From: Candidatus Hydrogenedentota bacterium
GTDB taxonomy: Bacteria > Hydrogenedentota > Hydrogenedentia > Hydrogenedentales > SLHB01
Direction of reading: 5' to 3'
Length of the DNA: 64,000 nucleotides
Assembly (NCBI GenBank): GCA_963745075.1
Contig: CAVUWV010000013.1
Location: forward strand, 161,585 to 225,584
The position numbers were made by a program, and so were the translations under genes. How positions within the stretch are numbered: the first letter of the stretch is position 1; each line of letters opens with the position of its first letter. The notes under the pieces were generated by a model, which saw only the letters and a list, made by a program, of their open reading frames with translations, ran no database searches and was not told the origin of the DNA. Below are positions 28,311 through 38,428 of this stretch, in pieces.

Positions 28311-29603
28311 ATGTCAGATGGAATGAAGCGTTTTGAATTCGGAGGCCTCCGTTCGTGGGGTTTCGCTCTGGTGCTGTTGTGCGTCGTGTCCTTCCACGGT
28401 TTGGCGCAGCAGACCGGTTCGGACGGCGCTTCTGAGTTTCCCGGAGCGGCGCGGCTTTCCGCAACGCACCCAAACCTGCCCAATGGGTACACGCTCCTCG
28501 CGAGTCTGGACTGCGGAGCGTCAGAATCGGCGGTGGGCGACAACGATGCCCGTTTAGTTTGTACGCGCGGCGAGGCGCATGCGATTCCCGAGTCGTCGGC
28601 TCCGTTTTCCGGTGAAGCCCGCGACGCGGAGCGCGTCGAATTTAACGTGAATGGTCTCCAATCGGGTATGGACTACGTGCTCGGGTTCACGTGGTTTGAC
28701 GCCGGCGCAGAAGGACGCGTGCAATCCGTGCAGTTCGTGACAGACGAAGGCTCGACCACGGTTATACCGTCGGCGATTCCATTGGCGTTTCACCACGATC
28801 AGCCGACGTGGGCGAGGGTGCTTCTGCCGGTTCCAGACGGGTTTGTCGCGAAAGGCTCGTTTTCCGTGGCCTTTGCACGCGAGGCTGGCGACACTGTTGG
28901 GGTAAACGAGCTCTGGCTGCTGGGTCGCGACCGCAATGACGCGCAGAAAAGCGTCTTGATTGTCACCGGTGACGATTGGACCGGCCATCACTGGCGCGCG
29001 ACGGGTCCGGAGGTGGCAGGGATCCTGCGCGAAGACCCTCGGCTGGAAGTGTCGATTACCGAATCGCCGTACGTGCTGGCCTCGCCATTGCTCGATCAGT
29101 ACGATGCCGTGGTTCTCCACTTTAAGAACTACAACGATCGGCTGCCGCTCGGCGACGCGGTCTGGTCGGGGCTGGAGCGCTATGTGCAATCTGGAAAAGG
29201 ACTTGTGCTGGTTCATTTCGGGTGCGGGGCGTTCCAGGAGTGGGAGGGCTACGTCCACCTCTGCGGCCGGGTCTGGGACCCCGCAAAGCGCGGCCACGAC
29301 CCCTATGGGCCGTTCGAGGTCCGGGTCGTGAATGATACCCACCCCATCACGTGTGCCATGAAGACCTTCGAGACGGCGGACGAGTTGTACACCTGCCTCG
29401 TCGGGACTCCGCCGATTGACGTGTTGTGCGAGGCCACCTCCAAAGTCGACGGCACGAACCACCCCATGGGGTTCGTCGTGCCCGAATCCGGCGGACGCGT
29501 CTTCCACTGCACCCTGGGCCACGACGTGCCGTCGCTCCAGCACCCCGGCACGCGCGAACTCTACCGCCGCGCCGTCGCCTGGGCCGCGGGCCTCGAACCG
29601 TAA
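28311..29603 (+). CDS. Secreted ThuA domain protein
   Basis: VLIVTG..GHHW, GKGLVLVH, HPIT, DELY, GRVFHCTLGH, after an N-terminal beta domain. Confidence 0.85.
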   Translation: MSDGMKRFEFGGLRSWGFALVLLCVVSFHGLAQQTGSDGASEFPGAARLSATHPNLPNGYTLLASLDCGASESAVGDNDARLVCTRGEAHAIPESSAPFSGEARDAERVEFNVNGLQSGMDYVLGFTWFDAGAEGRVQSVQFVTDEGSTTVIPSAIPLAFHHDQPTWARVLLPVPDGFVAKGSFSVAFAREAGDTVGVNELWLLGRDRNDAQKSVLIVTGDDWTGHHWRATGPEVAGILREDPRLEVSITESPYVLASPLLDQYDAVVLHFKNYNDRLPLGDAVWSGLERYVQSGKGLVLVHFGCGAFQEWEGYVHLCGRVWDPAKRGHDPYGPFEVRVVNDTHPITCAMKTFETADELYTCLVGTPPIDVLCEATSKVDGTNHPMGFVVPESGGRVFHCTLGHDVPSLQHPGTRELYRRAVAWAAGLEP

Positions 29604-30209
29604 CGGCAATCGGCCGGTCTGAGAGGAACATCCCCCTTGATCCCCCTTCGAAGGGGGAGCGGCTGGACCGGAGCTATTGGTAGTTTTGCAGGGTTTCGGG
29701 CAAATCTATATTCCTCTCCCGGCGCGCCAATCGAAGCGTCGACTCTTGTCGGTTCCGTCTTCAAAGGGGGAAGGTCGCGGGGAGGCTGGAGTCCGGAGTG
29801 GCGCGGGGTGCACCCCCCTGACTTTTGACGAAACAAGGGGGAGTGGCGATTGCGGTCCCCGTTCGCGAGGATGACATGCGGATTTCGGATCTTGTCGATA
29901 TCTTCTTGACAGCCGCGGACTTGGGACAATCGAGGCAGGGGCGGCTCTGGAGTCCAGAGGTCCGCAGGGGGTGGGGGGTGCACCCATTTCTTTGTGACGA
30001 TTCAAGGGGGGTGATCCGATTGCGGATTGCGGATTCTCGGGTGTTCGGGGCGGGTGCGGTGTCGTGTTTCATGGGCAGAGTTCTCCCTTATAGTTATTGC
30101 GCGGCGGGTTGCAGTGGAAGGCCGGCAGGTAGCGCGGCGCGAATAGTGAAGGACAGAACAATGGAACGCGGATTTGGCGGATGGTGCGAATTGGCGCGGA
30201 TCGTTGGTT

Positions 30210-30252
30210 GGGGAGTTGGGAAGCCAACGGGCGGGACGCCCGTTCCCCATTG
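30210..30252 (+). repeat. 43-bp direct repeat, copy 1
   Basis: GGGGAGTTGGGAAGCCAACGGGCGGGACGCCCGTTCCCCATTG, identical to 33687-33729. Confidence 0.9.
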
Positions 30253-30446
30253 GACCTGCGCTGGAGTGGGAGCCCGCAGCGTGCGGCAACCAAATGCGAA
30301 ATTCGAAGCACGAAATCCGAAACAAATCCCAATGACCGAATATCTAATGATCGAAACACGCTGTCGGACTGGTGGGAAGGAAGGCGAAGAGGATCTCACC
30401 ACGAACTGCACGAAACACACGAAGATGGGAGGGTTGGAGTCTGGAA

Positions 30447-30598
30447 TCACTGGGAGCGCCAGGCACCAGCCTGGCGAATGCGGGGACAGTCTGGCGAAAC
30501 ATCGGAGCGACTCGATCGACGCTGCGCAATCCCTGGTCCTGAACGTATCCGGCAAACCCTTCGAACCCCGCCAGGCTGGTGCCTGGCGCTCCCAGTGA
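30447..30598. repeat. REP doublet (30-bp perfect inverted repeat)
   Basis: TCACTGGGAGCGCCAGGCACCAGCCTGGCG at 30447-30476, reverse complement at 30569-30598. Confidence 0.85.
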
Positions 30599-30748
30599 GA
30601 TCCGCCCATTCGCGCGCTGTGTTGAGAGGGGCTCTAGCTCTCAACGGTTCGGCGATCCCACCAACTCGGGCAGGGAACGCGACCACACAGTGTCAACCCC
30701 ACCGCGATGTCGACGATGTACGTGCACGTGCCTTGGTAATACAGTCCG

Positions 30749-30777
30749 TTGCCTCCGTGCCATGTCTGCGGTATACT
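30749..30777 (+). promoter_or_regulatory. Putative cassette (Pc-like) promoter
   Basis: TTGCCT-N17-TATACT facing the cassette; a second extended -10 (TGaTATGAT) at 30863-30871. Confidence 0.5.
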
Positions 30778-30940
30778 ATGCTGTCATTGGGAGGGGAAGA
30801 ATCTAGGGGAGAACGGGGCGTTGTTCAGAAACCATGCATTCTCCCACGTTCGTTGCAGAGCATGATATGATGCCTTGCCTTTACAGGCTTTAGACCAACA
30901 TTGCCGAAGGGGTTTTGCACCGCAATCGCGCGGCCAAAAG

Positions 30941-30975
30941 GCGTTATGAAGAAACCGTATAACCGCTGTTCGATA
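30941..30975 (+). other. attI-like recombination site
   Basis: GCGTTAT...CCGTATAACCGCTG/TTCGATA; core GTTCGAT matches the downstream attC R''; no attC-type hairpin upstream. Confidence 0.55.
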
Positions 30976-31002
30976 GATACAAGAAACGAGGAATAGCCCA
31001 CG

Positions 31003-31499
31003 ATGGACGCGTACAAAGAGATCGAAGATATGATCGCGGCCGAATATGGCAAGAGCACCACTACCAGAAAAGCTATAGGCGATTTCATGCTACGGATGAC
31101 CATGCGGTAAACGTCAAGAGCAACAACGTAGCCAAGCAGAACTACTCACCCAACATGATTTCGATCCAGAAGATGCACAAATGGGTATTCGAGAGCGCAA
31201 TGAACTAAGCTTCATATTCGTCGATTACAAAGTAGAGGCGGTGGCGAATTGGGAATACTGAGCAGAAGTCCAAACTGATTCCAATTGAGCACATCAGCTG
31301 GGACTGCCTCTCGATAGAAGCTCAGGGCTATGGAGTAATTCAGAAGGTCGGCACCTTGAAGAACGACGCAGAAACAGACAAAGCGGGACTTCTACAAAGG
31401 GTTTCTGGCGGCCTACGAGAAGTACCGGGAAAAGAGCGCAGGAAGCACGAGAACTTCTCCAAACGATTCATCAAGAATACCGACAGCATCGACTGGTGA
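31003..31499 (+). pseudogene. Putative type II restriction endonuclease (~165 aa); several frameshifts, possibly assembly errors
   Basis: GAGG RBS; stitched frames give MDAYKEIEDMIAAEYGKSTTTRKAIGDF..DDHAVNVKSNN..NYSPNMISIQKMHKWVFE..NELSFIFVDY..IPIEHISWDCLSIEAQGYGVIQ..SIDW; PD-(D/E)xK-like; precedes an MTase. Confidence 0.6.
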
Positions 31500-31519
31500 C
31501 ATACGAGGAGCGATAGCCG

Positions 31520-33065
31520 ATGAGCTACCAAGAAAGAATTCGGAGACTTCCAGACTCCGCTTCTGCTGGCGCGGCGCGTCGCGGCACTGATCAAGGAAGA
31601 AGAGAAGCACGTTGGAACAGTCGTCGAGCCAACGTGCGGAGTTGGTACTTTTCTGCAGGCGACTGCCGAACTTTTCGGCGAGTCACCTAACTACTGGGGA
31701 TTTGACGTAAACGCCGACTACGTCAAGCGGCCAGTGCTGCCCTTGCACGGATCGGTCCGCCAGCAACCAATGTCCAGCAGCGCGATTTCTACACGATCAA
31801 CTGGCGGGAATTCCTTTCTAAACAGCCTGGTCCACTGCTTATCATCGGTAACCCACCATGGATCACGAATGCTGGAATGGGGGTTATCGGGGGGGCGAAC
31901 CTCCCTGAGAAGTCAAACTTTCAGGGCCACGGCGGCTTTGCGGCGAAGACCGGCAAAGGCGAATTTCGACATTTCCGAATGGATGCTTATCAGGCTGCTG
32001 GAAGCGCTGCAGGGAACACGGGCTGCCATCGCGATGCTCTGCAAGACGGCAACGGCGCGAAAAGTTCTTCGGCACGCATGGCTCAACGGACTTGAAGCGG
32101 GCCATCTTCACTTCACCTGATAGACGCCGCCGCAGAATTCGGCGTGTCAGTGGACGCATGTTTGTTGTACACCCATACGGGCAACGGGCGGGACCGAGTC
32201 CATGGCAACGGTCTACCGCAGCCTATCCTTTGATGAACCGCTGCAGACCTTCGGTTTGTTCGCCGGAGAGTTGGTCTCAGACATAGATGCCTACCGTGCG
32301 TTGCGCGATCTCGACGGATTGGAGTACCGAAAATGGCGGTCCGGAGTGAAACATGACGCGGCGAAAGGTGATGGAGTTCACGCGAGACAATGGCTCCATT
32401 CGTGAACGGACTTGGGGAGCGGTGCGAACTGGAAGACGACTATATTTTCCCCTCGCTCAAGTCGTCCGATTTAGCGAACGGCAGACTGCGGCCCACACGA
32501 TTCGTGTTACTCACGCAGCGTCGGGTAACCGACCAGACCGACGAAATCCGCAACGTAGTGCGCCAAAGACTTGGCGTTACCTTCTCGACCACGCGAAGCA
32601 ACTCGACAAGAGAGGAAGTTCCATCTACGCGAAACGTGCGCGGTTCTCCGTCTTTGGCGTGGGGGACTACTCGTTCTCGCCTGCGAAAGTCGCCATTTCG
32701 GGGCTCTACAAGAATCTTCAGTTCCAGGCGGTAGGGAGCTCTGGCGGCAAACCGATCATGGTCGACGACACGTGTAACTTCATTCCATGCGACTCTATGT
32801 CAGAGGCCGAGTTCTTTGCCGATCTCCTGAACTCCGAACCGGCCCAGCGATTCATATCGGCTCTTGTGTTCCCGGACGCGAAACGGCCCGTCACTATCGA
32901 CGTCCTCTCAAACGAATTGACCTCAAGAAGCTAGCGGAGCACGAAGGACAGGAGACGAAGGCCATCGAGTACCTTTCTTCGTCATCCCTTGAGTCAAGCA
33001 ATCAACGTCTTCTAGTCTTTCAGGAGAGAAAAATATCGAACCAAGAAATCCACCGTACCCCGTAA
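31520..33065 (+). pseudogene. Amino (N6-adenine type) DNA methyltransferase; several frameshifts, possibly assembly errors
   Basis: EFGDFQTP, VVEPTCGVGTF (motif I), LIIGNPPW (motif IV), NFDISEW, AMLCKT, WRSGVKHD, KVAISGLYK across frames. Confidence 0.85.
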
Positions 33066-33111
33066 GGCGCGCGGACGCGCCTCAAGGGTCCGGTGATTTC
33101 GGTCGTTGCCG
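33035..33111 (+). other. attC site
   Basis: R'' ATCGAAC, 5-nt spacer, L'' AATCCACC (8 nt, one extra C), central hairpin AGGCGCGCGGACGCGCCT, L' GGTGATT (7 nt), 6-nt spacer, R' GTTGCCG. Confidence 0.85.
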
Positions 33112-33686
33112 CGCGCAGAAAGGATGCATGCTAACCTATGGTGCCTCCTGCCCTGTTAACTGATTCGCCCTAAAGAGATTCAGGACTTCAGGTCGCACAC
33201 AAACTACGAAATCCGAAACTAATTCAAATGTCCGAAATCAGAATGACCGAAACGTTGTATCGTGAATTCTTGAGCTCTCTCAGGACCGCACACAGAGCCG
33301 CGCGGTCCTTGTCGGAGATAGAAAGCCGGCTCCCCGCCGCCTTCGTTGGAAGCACGCGCGGATCTCGGCTGCGCGATGTGGCACCGGTGCGGGGTGACGG
33401 GAAGCTGCCCCATCGCTGAAAACGCCCATCCAAAACCTTCTACATCTATAGATTGCGCGGATTTCATGAAGAGAATTTGTCCGCAGGTGGCGCAGATGGT
33501 CGCAGATTAACACGAGAGATTGAGGTTACAAAGATTACCCTGCGCGGCGTAGTCGCAACCCAAACCAAGAGTTTCATCCACAGATTACACACAGATTACA
33601 CCGATTGAAGGGGTAAAAAGAATTTGAGAAGGAATGCCGGCGTTGCGCAGGCTGCCGGAGAAGGGTTGTGGATTGCGATCACGGTG

Positions 33687-33729
33687 GGGGAGTTGGGAAG
33701 CCAACGGGCGGGACGCCCGTTCCCCATTG
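33687..33729 (+). repeat. 43-bp direct repeat, copy 2
   Basis: Identical to 30210-30252. Confidence 0.9.
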
Positions 33730-33752
33730 AGGTTGGGAATTGTGTGTTGGGG

Positions 33753-34798
33753 TTATTCGTAGAACCACGCGGCGGGGATTGCGCGGAGTTGGAGCGACAG
33801 GCCGCCGGTGTAGTTGAAGTAGGTGAGGTAGGCCGTGTCGCCGACCCAGGTGACGGCGGGGTAGGCCCAGGCGTCATCGGGGGCGTCTTCGATGTTTCGG
33901 AGGTGCTCCCATGTTTCGCCTTCCGTTTCAGATAGGGCTGCTGTCAAGGGATTCCTCTTGGATCCACCGGGATTGTGGTTCCAGATGGCCAGCAGGTCGC
34001 CCGTTTTCGGGAATCCGGCTGATGGATACCGGCGCGGCGGTTCCGGTCAATTCGGTTGGGGCCGGCTTCGACCACGTCTCGCCGCCGTCCTCGGAAATGC
34101 TCTGATACTGGCCGCCGAGTTGGGTGCGCATGAGCATCGAGCACGCGGCCGTCCTTCAGCTCGATGCAGGCGGGTTCCCAGGAGCCGGTCTCGGGCTGGA
34201 CCCGCTGCGACTCGCGCCACGTTTCGCCGTCGTCGTCGGAGAGGTAGCAGTAGCTGTCGCCGCCTTCCCAGGCTTCCAGGAGGATTCGGCCGGACTGTGA
34301 GGCGGATAGAGCGGCCGTTGGTCAGGCCGGTGTACTTTCCGTCGGGGCTGAGCTGTTTTGGGGACGCGAAGGTTTTGCCCTCGTCGGAGGAGGTTCGCAT
34401 CATGCACCCGGCAATCGCGTGCTCTCGGTGTTCTTCTGGCAGTAGAACAGCGCGATCCGGTCGTCCTTGAGCCGGAGAAAGTTGACCTCCATCACGTTGC
34501 AGCCGCCGTCGTTTTCGACGAGGGTGTATTTTTCGCCCCAGGTGCGCCCGCCGTCCGTGGAAACCTTGCCTGAGATCCGGGCCGGACCGTGGTCCGCGCC
34601 GCTGCCCGCGTAGAACTCCGTCCAGCCCAAGAGCAGCGAACCGTCCTTGAGCGGAATGATGGCGGCCTCGCTGTTGCGTGGATTCTCGGGGCCCACCGGT
34701 ACGACGGTCAGGTGGAATGCCATATCTGCGGGCTCAGCGGCAAGCGCGCCGGAGACCAAGAGACAAATGCACGTTATGGATGTAAGAAGGAGTTTCAA
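33753..34798 (-). pseudogene. Secreted BNR/Asp-box sialidase-family protein; many frameshifts
   Basis: PRNSEAAIIPLKDG; Asp boxes STDGGRTW, SSDEGKTF, SEDGGETW; AYP; start approximate. Confidence 0.75.
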
Positions 34799-34824
34799 GA
34801 GTGAGATATTGGCCAGGCGTAGCG

Positions 34825-34909
34825 AATGTAGCGCAGTCACGCCGCGGCGCGACTTCAAAGTCTTCGAATGAACCCCAAAGAATGCAGGCGGGGACGTCTG
34901 CGCTACATT
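34825..34909. repeat. Degenerate GTAG-type REP doublet
   Basis: AATGTAGCGCAG...CTGCGCTACATT; same family as 53954-54011. Confidence 0.6.
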
Positions 34910-35187
34910 TGCCGCACGTTTCTTACATCGCGTGGGACCACTTTCGAAGCACACTCTAAGTGATTTCATTTTTCCCTCGTTTCGCCGCCGGTCCGATTCA
35001 AATAACTTTGATCGCGCCCAACGTCAACCGCCACTCAAATGGTAAATGTCAACCGGCCGTGAATCAATGGGACGATACCGGTAAGGCGAGAATGCGGTCA
35101 CAGACTCCCGTCAATTTTTGGGAAAGTCTTCCAGGTCTGTGGTAAACATTGTCAGGGAGCCATCGCATTGGCGAGAGGGAGTTTGGC

Positions 35188-38100
35188 ATGGGCGTTACGG
35201 GTGTAGTGGCCATTATCGGGGTCTGTCTGTCGGCGGCGCAAAACCTGCCGTGGGCGGACCCGTCTGCGGAGGGCCGGTTCGGGCGGGCCTTTGACGCGTC
35301 CCGCGCGGGGGGTGCGGTCGTTGAGGCGGCAGGATTGCCCGCCTATGCGGGGCCTCCGTTGACCGTGGAATGCTGGGCCAAGGTCGACAACGCGGCCGGT
35401 TTCAATATTCTCCTGGCCTACGCGCCGAAAGATAATCCCGCGCACTGGGAGGCGTATACCTACAGCGGCGCGGGCGATTTCAGCGTATATATGCCGGGCG
35501 CGACGCCGAGTGAGATTCGGTCCGGCGTCGGAATTGTCGACGGGAAGTGGCACTATCTCGCGTTCACGATGGATGAAGGTATGATTTGCCTGTACGTTGA
35601 CGGCATGCTTGCGAAGGAGCAGGCGGTTGCTTAAGTGGCGACCGGGCGCCGCAAGAGCCGAAACCGCTTGTCGTGGGCCGCGTGGAAAGTCTGTCCCATC
35701 CCCCGCTGGGATGTGCGGGTGCCGTGGACGAAGTTCGGATTTCCAAGACCGTGCGGCACATCGACGGCGTTCCCGACGTGCCCTTTGAGGCAGACACAGA
35801 TACCATCGGTCTCTGGCATTTTGATATTGATGCGCAGTCCGACACGATCGCGGACGCGTCGGCGTCAAAGAATCCCATGCACGTGACGCGCGTGCTGCGC
35901 CGCTCCATGGATGCAGTGGACCTGCTCGAATACGACCCGGATCCCTCGCCGTTGGATGGGCCTTTTACGCGGATCAAATTGAAGCCGGGCGGGGAGCGAT
36001 ACGAAGCTTCGGCCAGGACCATTGATCTGTCCGGTTCTTGGGAACTGGCCGAAGGCGGGGAGGACGCGGACCGGCTTGGCCGGCAGTGGGACGACGCGAT
36101 TCCGGCGCACGTCCCGGGCAGCGTTCATACTGCGCTCGTGAAAGCGGGGCGCATTCCCGATCCGTATTTCGGTCAGAACGACGCCATCGCCCGTGCGCAG
36201 AGTTTCAAGACCTGGTGGTACAAGAAGACCTTTCCCCGGCCGGAGGGTATGGGCCAGGCGCGACTCGACTTCGACGGCGTTGCCATCCAATGCCACGTCT
36301 GGTTGAACGGCCAATCGCTGGGCAGTCACAACGGCATGTTCGGCGGGCCGGTCTTCGACGTTACGGAGCTGCTGCGACCTCAGAACACGCTCGTCGTCAA
36401 ACTCGATCCCGCGCCCCATACCGAGACGGGCATCGACGGCAACAATCAGGCGTGGCGGACCACGGTCGTGTTCAACAACTGTTGGGGATGGCACTACTCG
36501 AACATTCCCGAGGCCGGTATCTGGCGGGCTGTCCGGGTGGAGGAAATTCCGGCGGTGTACGTCCGGGATCCCTTCATCGCCGCGCGTTCCGCTGTGGACG
36601 GTCTCATGGACTTGCAGGTAACCTTGCACGGGCCGCTGAAAGGATGGAGCGGGAAGCTTGTCGGTTTGATATCAGGCGAAACGTTCGATGGCACCGACCT
36701 GCATTTCACGCGAGAGCTTAAATCAGACGCCGCGATTCAGAGCGAACACTACCGATTCACGATTCCTGAGCCGCGTCTCTGGTGGCCCAACGACTTGGGT
36801 GAGCATCCCCTGTACCGGCTCAACGTCGCGTTCTTGAACGATGAGGGCAAATGCCTCAGCGCGGCCTCGACTACCTTCGGCATCCGCACCGTCCGCATGG
36901 CGCCCTTGCCGCAGGGTCCGGCCTCGAACAAATACAACTGGACCTTCGTGATCAACGGCCGCCCCACCTTCGTGAAGGGCAACGGCTGGTGCACCATGGA
37001 CACGCTCATGGACTTCTCGCGCGACCGCTACGCCCGTTTCGTCGAGTTGGCGGAGAGCCAGCACGTCCAGATGTTCCGCGCGTGGGGCAGCGGGATGCCG
37101 GAGACGGATGACTTCTACGACCTCTGCGACCGGCACGGGATCATGGTCCTGCAGGAATGGCCGACCGCGTGGAACAGCCACACGGAGCAACCCTACGATG
37201 TGCTGGAGGAAACCGTGCGGCTGAATACGGTGCGCCTTCGCAACCACCCGTCGCTTGCCATGTGGGGAGCGGGGAACGAGTCGAGCCAGCCGTTCGGACC
37301 GGCTATCGACATGATGGGACGTTCTCAGCGTCGAACTCGACGGCACGCGGCCCTTTCATCGCGCCGAACCCTGGGGCGGCAGTTTGCATAATTACGACTG
37401 CTACTGGGGACGCGCGCCACTAGACCGCAATCTTAGTCTGACGGCCGATTTCATCGGCGAGTTTGGACTCGCGAATATGCCGTCGCTGGAGAGTGTCTTG
37501 CGTTACCTGCCGGAGGACGAGCGCAATGTGTGGCCGCCACCTGCCGACGGGACCGTTACGCATCACACGCCCATCTTTAACACGGCCCAGGATCTGGAGC
37601 GCTTGACGCAATATTCGGCCTATTTCGCGCCGCAGGATAGTTTGGAGCACTTTATCATCGGTTCTCAGATGTCCCAAGCTACGGGTGTGCGTCATGCGCT
37701 TGAGTTGAACCGCACACGCTGGCCGGACTGCACGGGCGTTCTGTATTACAAGATGAATGACAATTATCCCGCCGCGTCGTGGTCCTGCGCGGACTGGTAC
37801 GGTGTCCCCAAGATTGGGCACTACATCTTCCAGGACAGCTTCGCGCCGCTGCTCGCGTGTGTGCGATTCGATACCCTGAACCCGGCGGGCGCGGATGTGA
37901 AATGGCCCGTGTTTCTGCTCGACGATACGAACCGGTTGAACGGAAAGGACTGGACCGTTCTCGTGCGCGCCTTCGACTCCGGACTTCGGGAGATCAATCG
38001 GATCGAGTTCCAAGGACGTAATAGCATCGAACGTGTGCGACGGTTGGGCGACTTTGTATTGAGCGCGACGGAGACGACGTCGACTCCGCTGTTGGTCGTT

Positions 38101-38418
38101 TCGGACGTGCGGGTCGGCGATACCCTCGCGCAACGCACGTTTTACTGGGCCAATTTTGAAGCGAAACCGGGCTGTCTGTTTTCGTTGCCCTCGACCTCGA
38201 TTCAGTTGACCAACGGAGGTGACTCCTTCATTGTGAAGAATTCAGGCGATTTGCCCGCCGTTGGCGTGCACGTGCAGTGCCCATCGGCGTCCAACTCGTT
38301 GCTGGCGAGTGACGGCTACTTCTGGCTCGATCCGGACGAGGAGCATCGGATCGACGTGAACATAACCGACGGCGTATCCTGTGCCGCGTGGAATGCGGCC
38401 GAAGTGCAATCAGATTGA
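35188..38418 (+). CDS. LamG domain plus GH2 beta-mannosidase-like hydrolase; frameshifts near 35640 and 37325
   Basis: LTVECW, GKWHYLA, GAVDEVRIS (LamG); VPGSVH, LWWPND, FGIRTV, FRAWGSG, RNHPSLAMWGAGNE, GEFG (GH2). Confidence 0.8.
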
Positions 38419-38428
38419 GGAGGGAACT

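Larger units (their letters stand above)
30969..33105 (+). mobile_element. Integron gene cassette carrying a restriction-modification-like pair
   Basis: Begins G/TTCGATA, first ATG at 31003, ends in an attC whose R'' region TATCGAAC is the reverse complement of the start. Confidence 0.75.

Noticed and set aside
29604..30960. intI gene or other real CDS upstream of the attI-like site
   Set aside because: The ORFs are translations of interspersed repeats; no tyrosine recombinase R-H-R-H-Y motifs are visible.
29604..33752. CRISPR array
   Set aside because: Repeats occur as pairs or irregular clusters without regular spacers; no cas genes.
35149..35634. Standalone LamG protein ending at TAA 35634
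   Set aside because: The LamG domain continues (PLVVG..GAVDEVRIS) in another frame, so it is treated as a frameshift within one LamG-GH2 gene.
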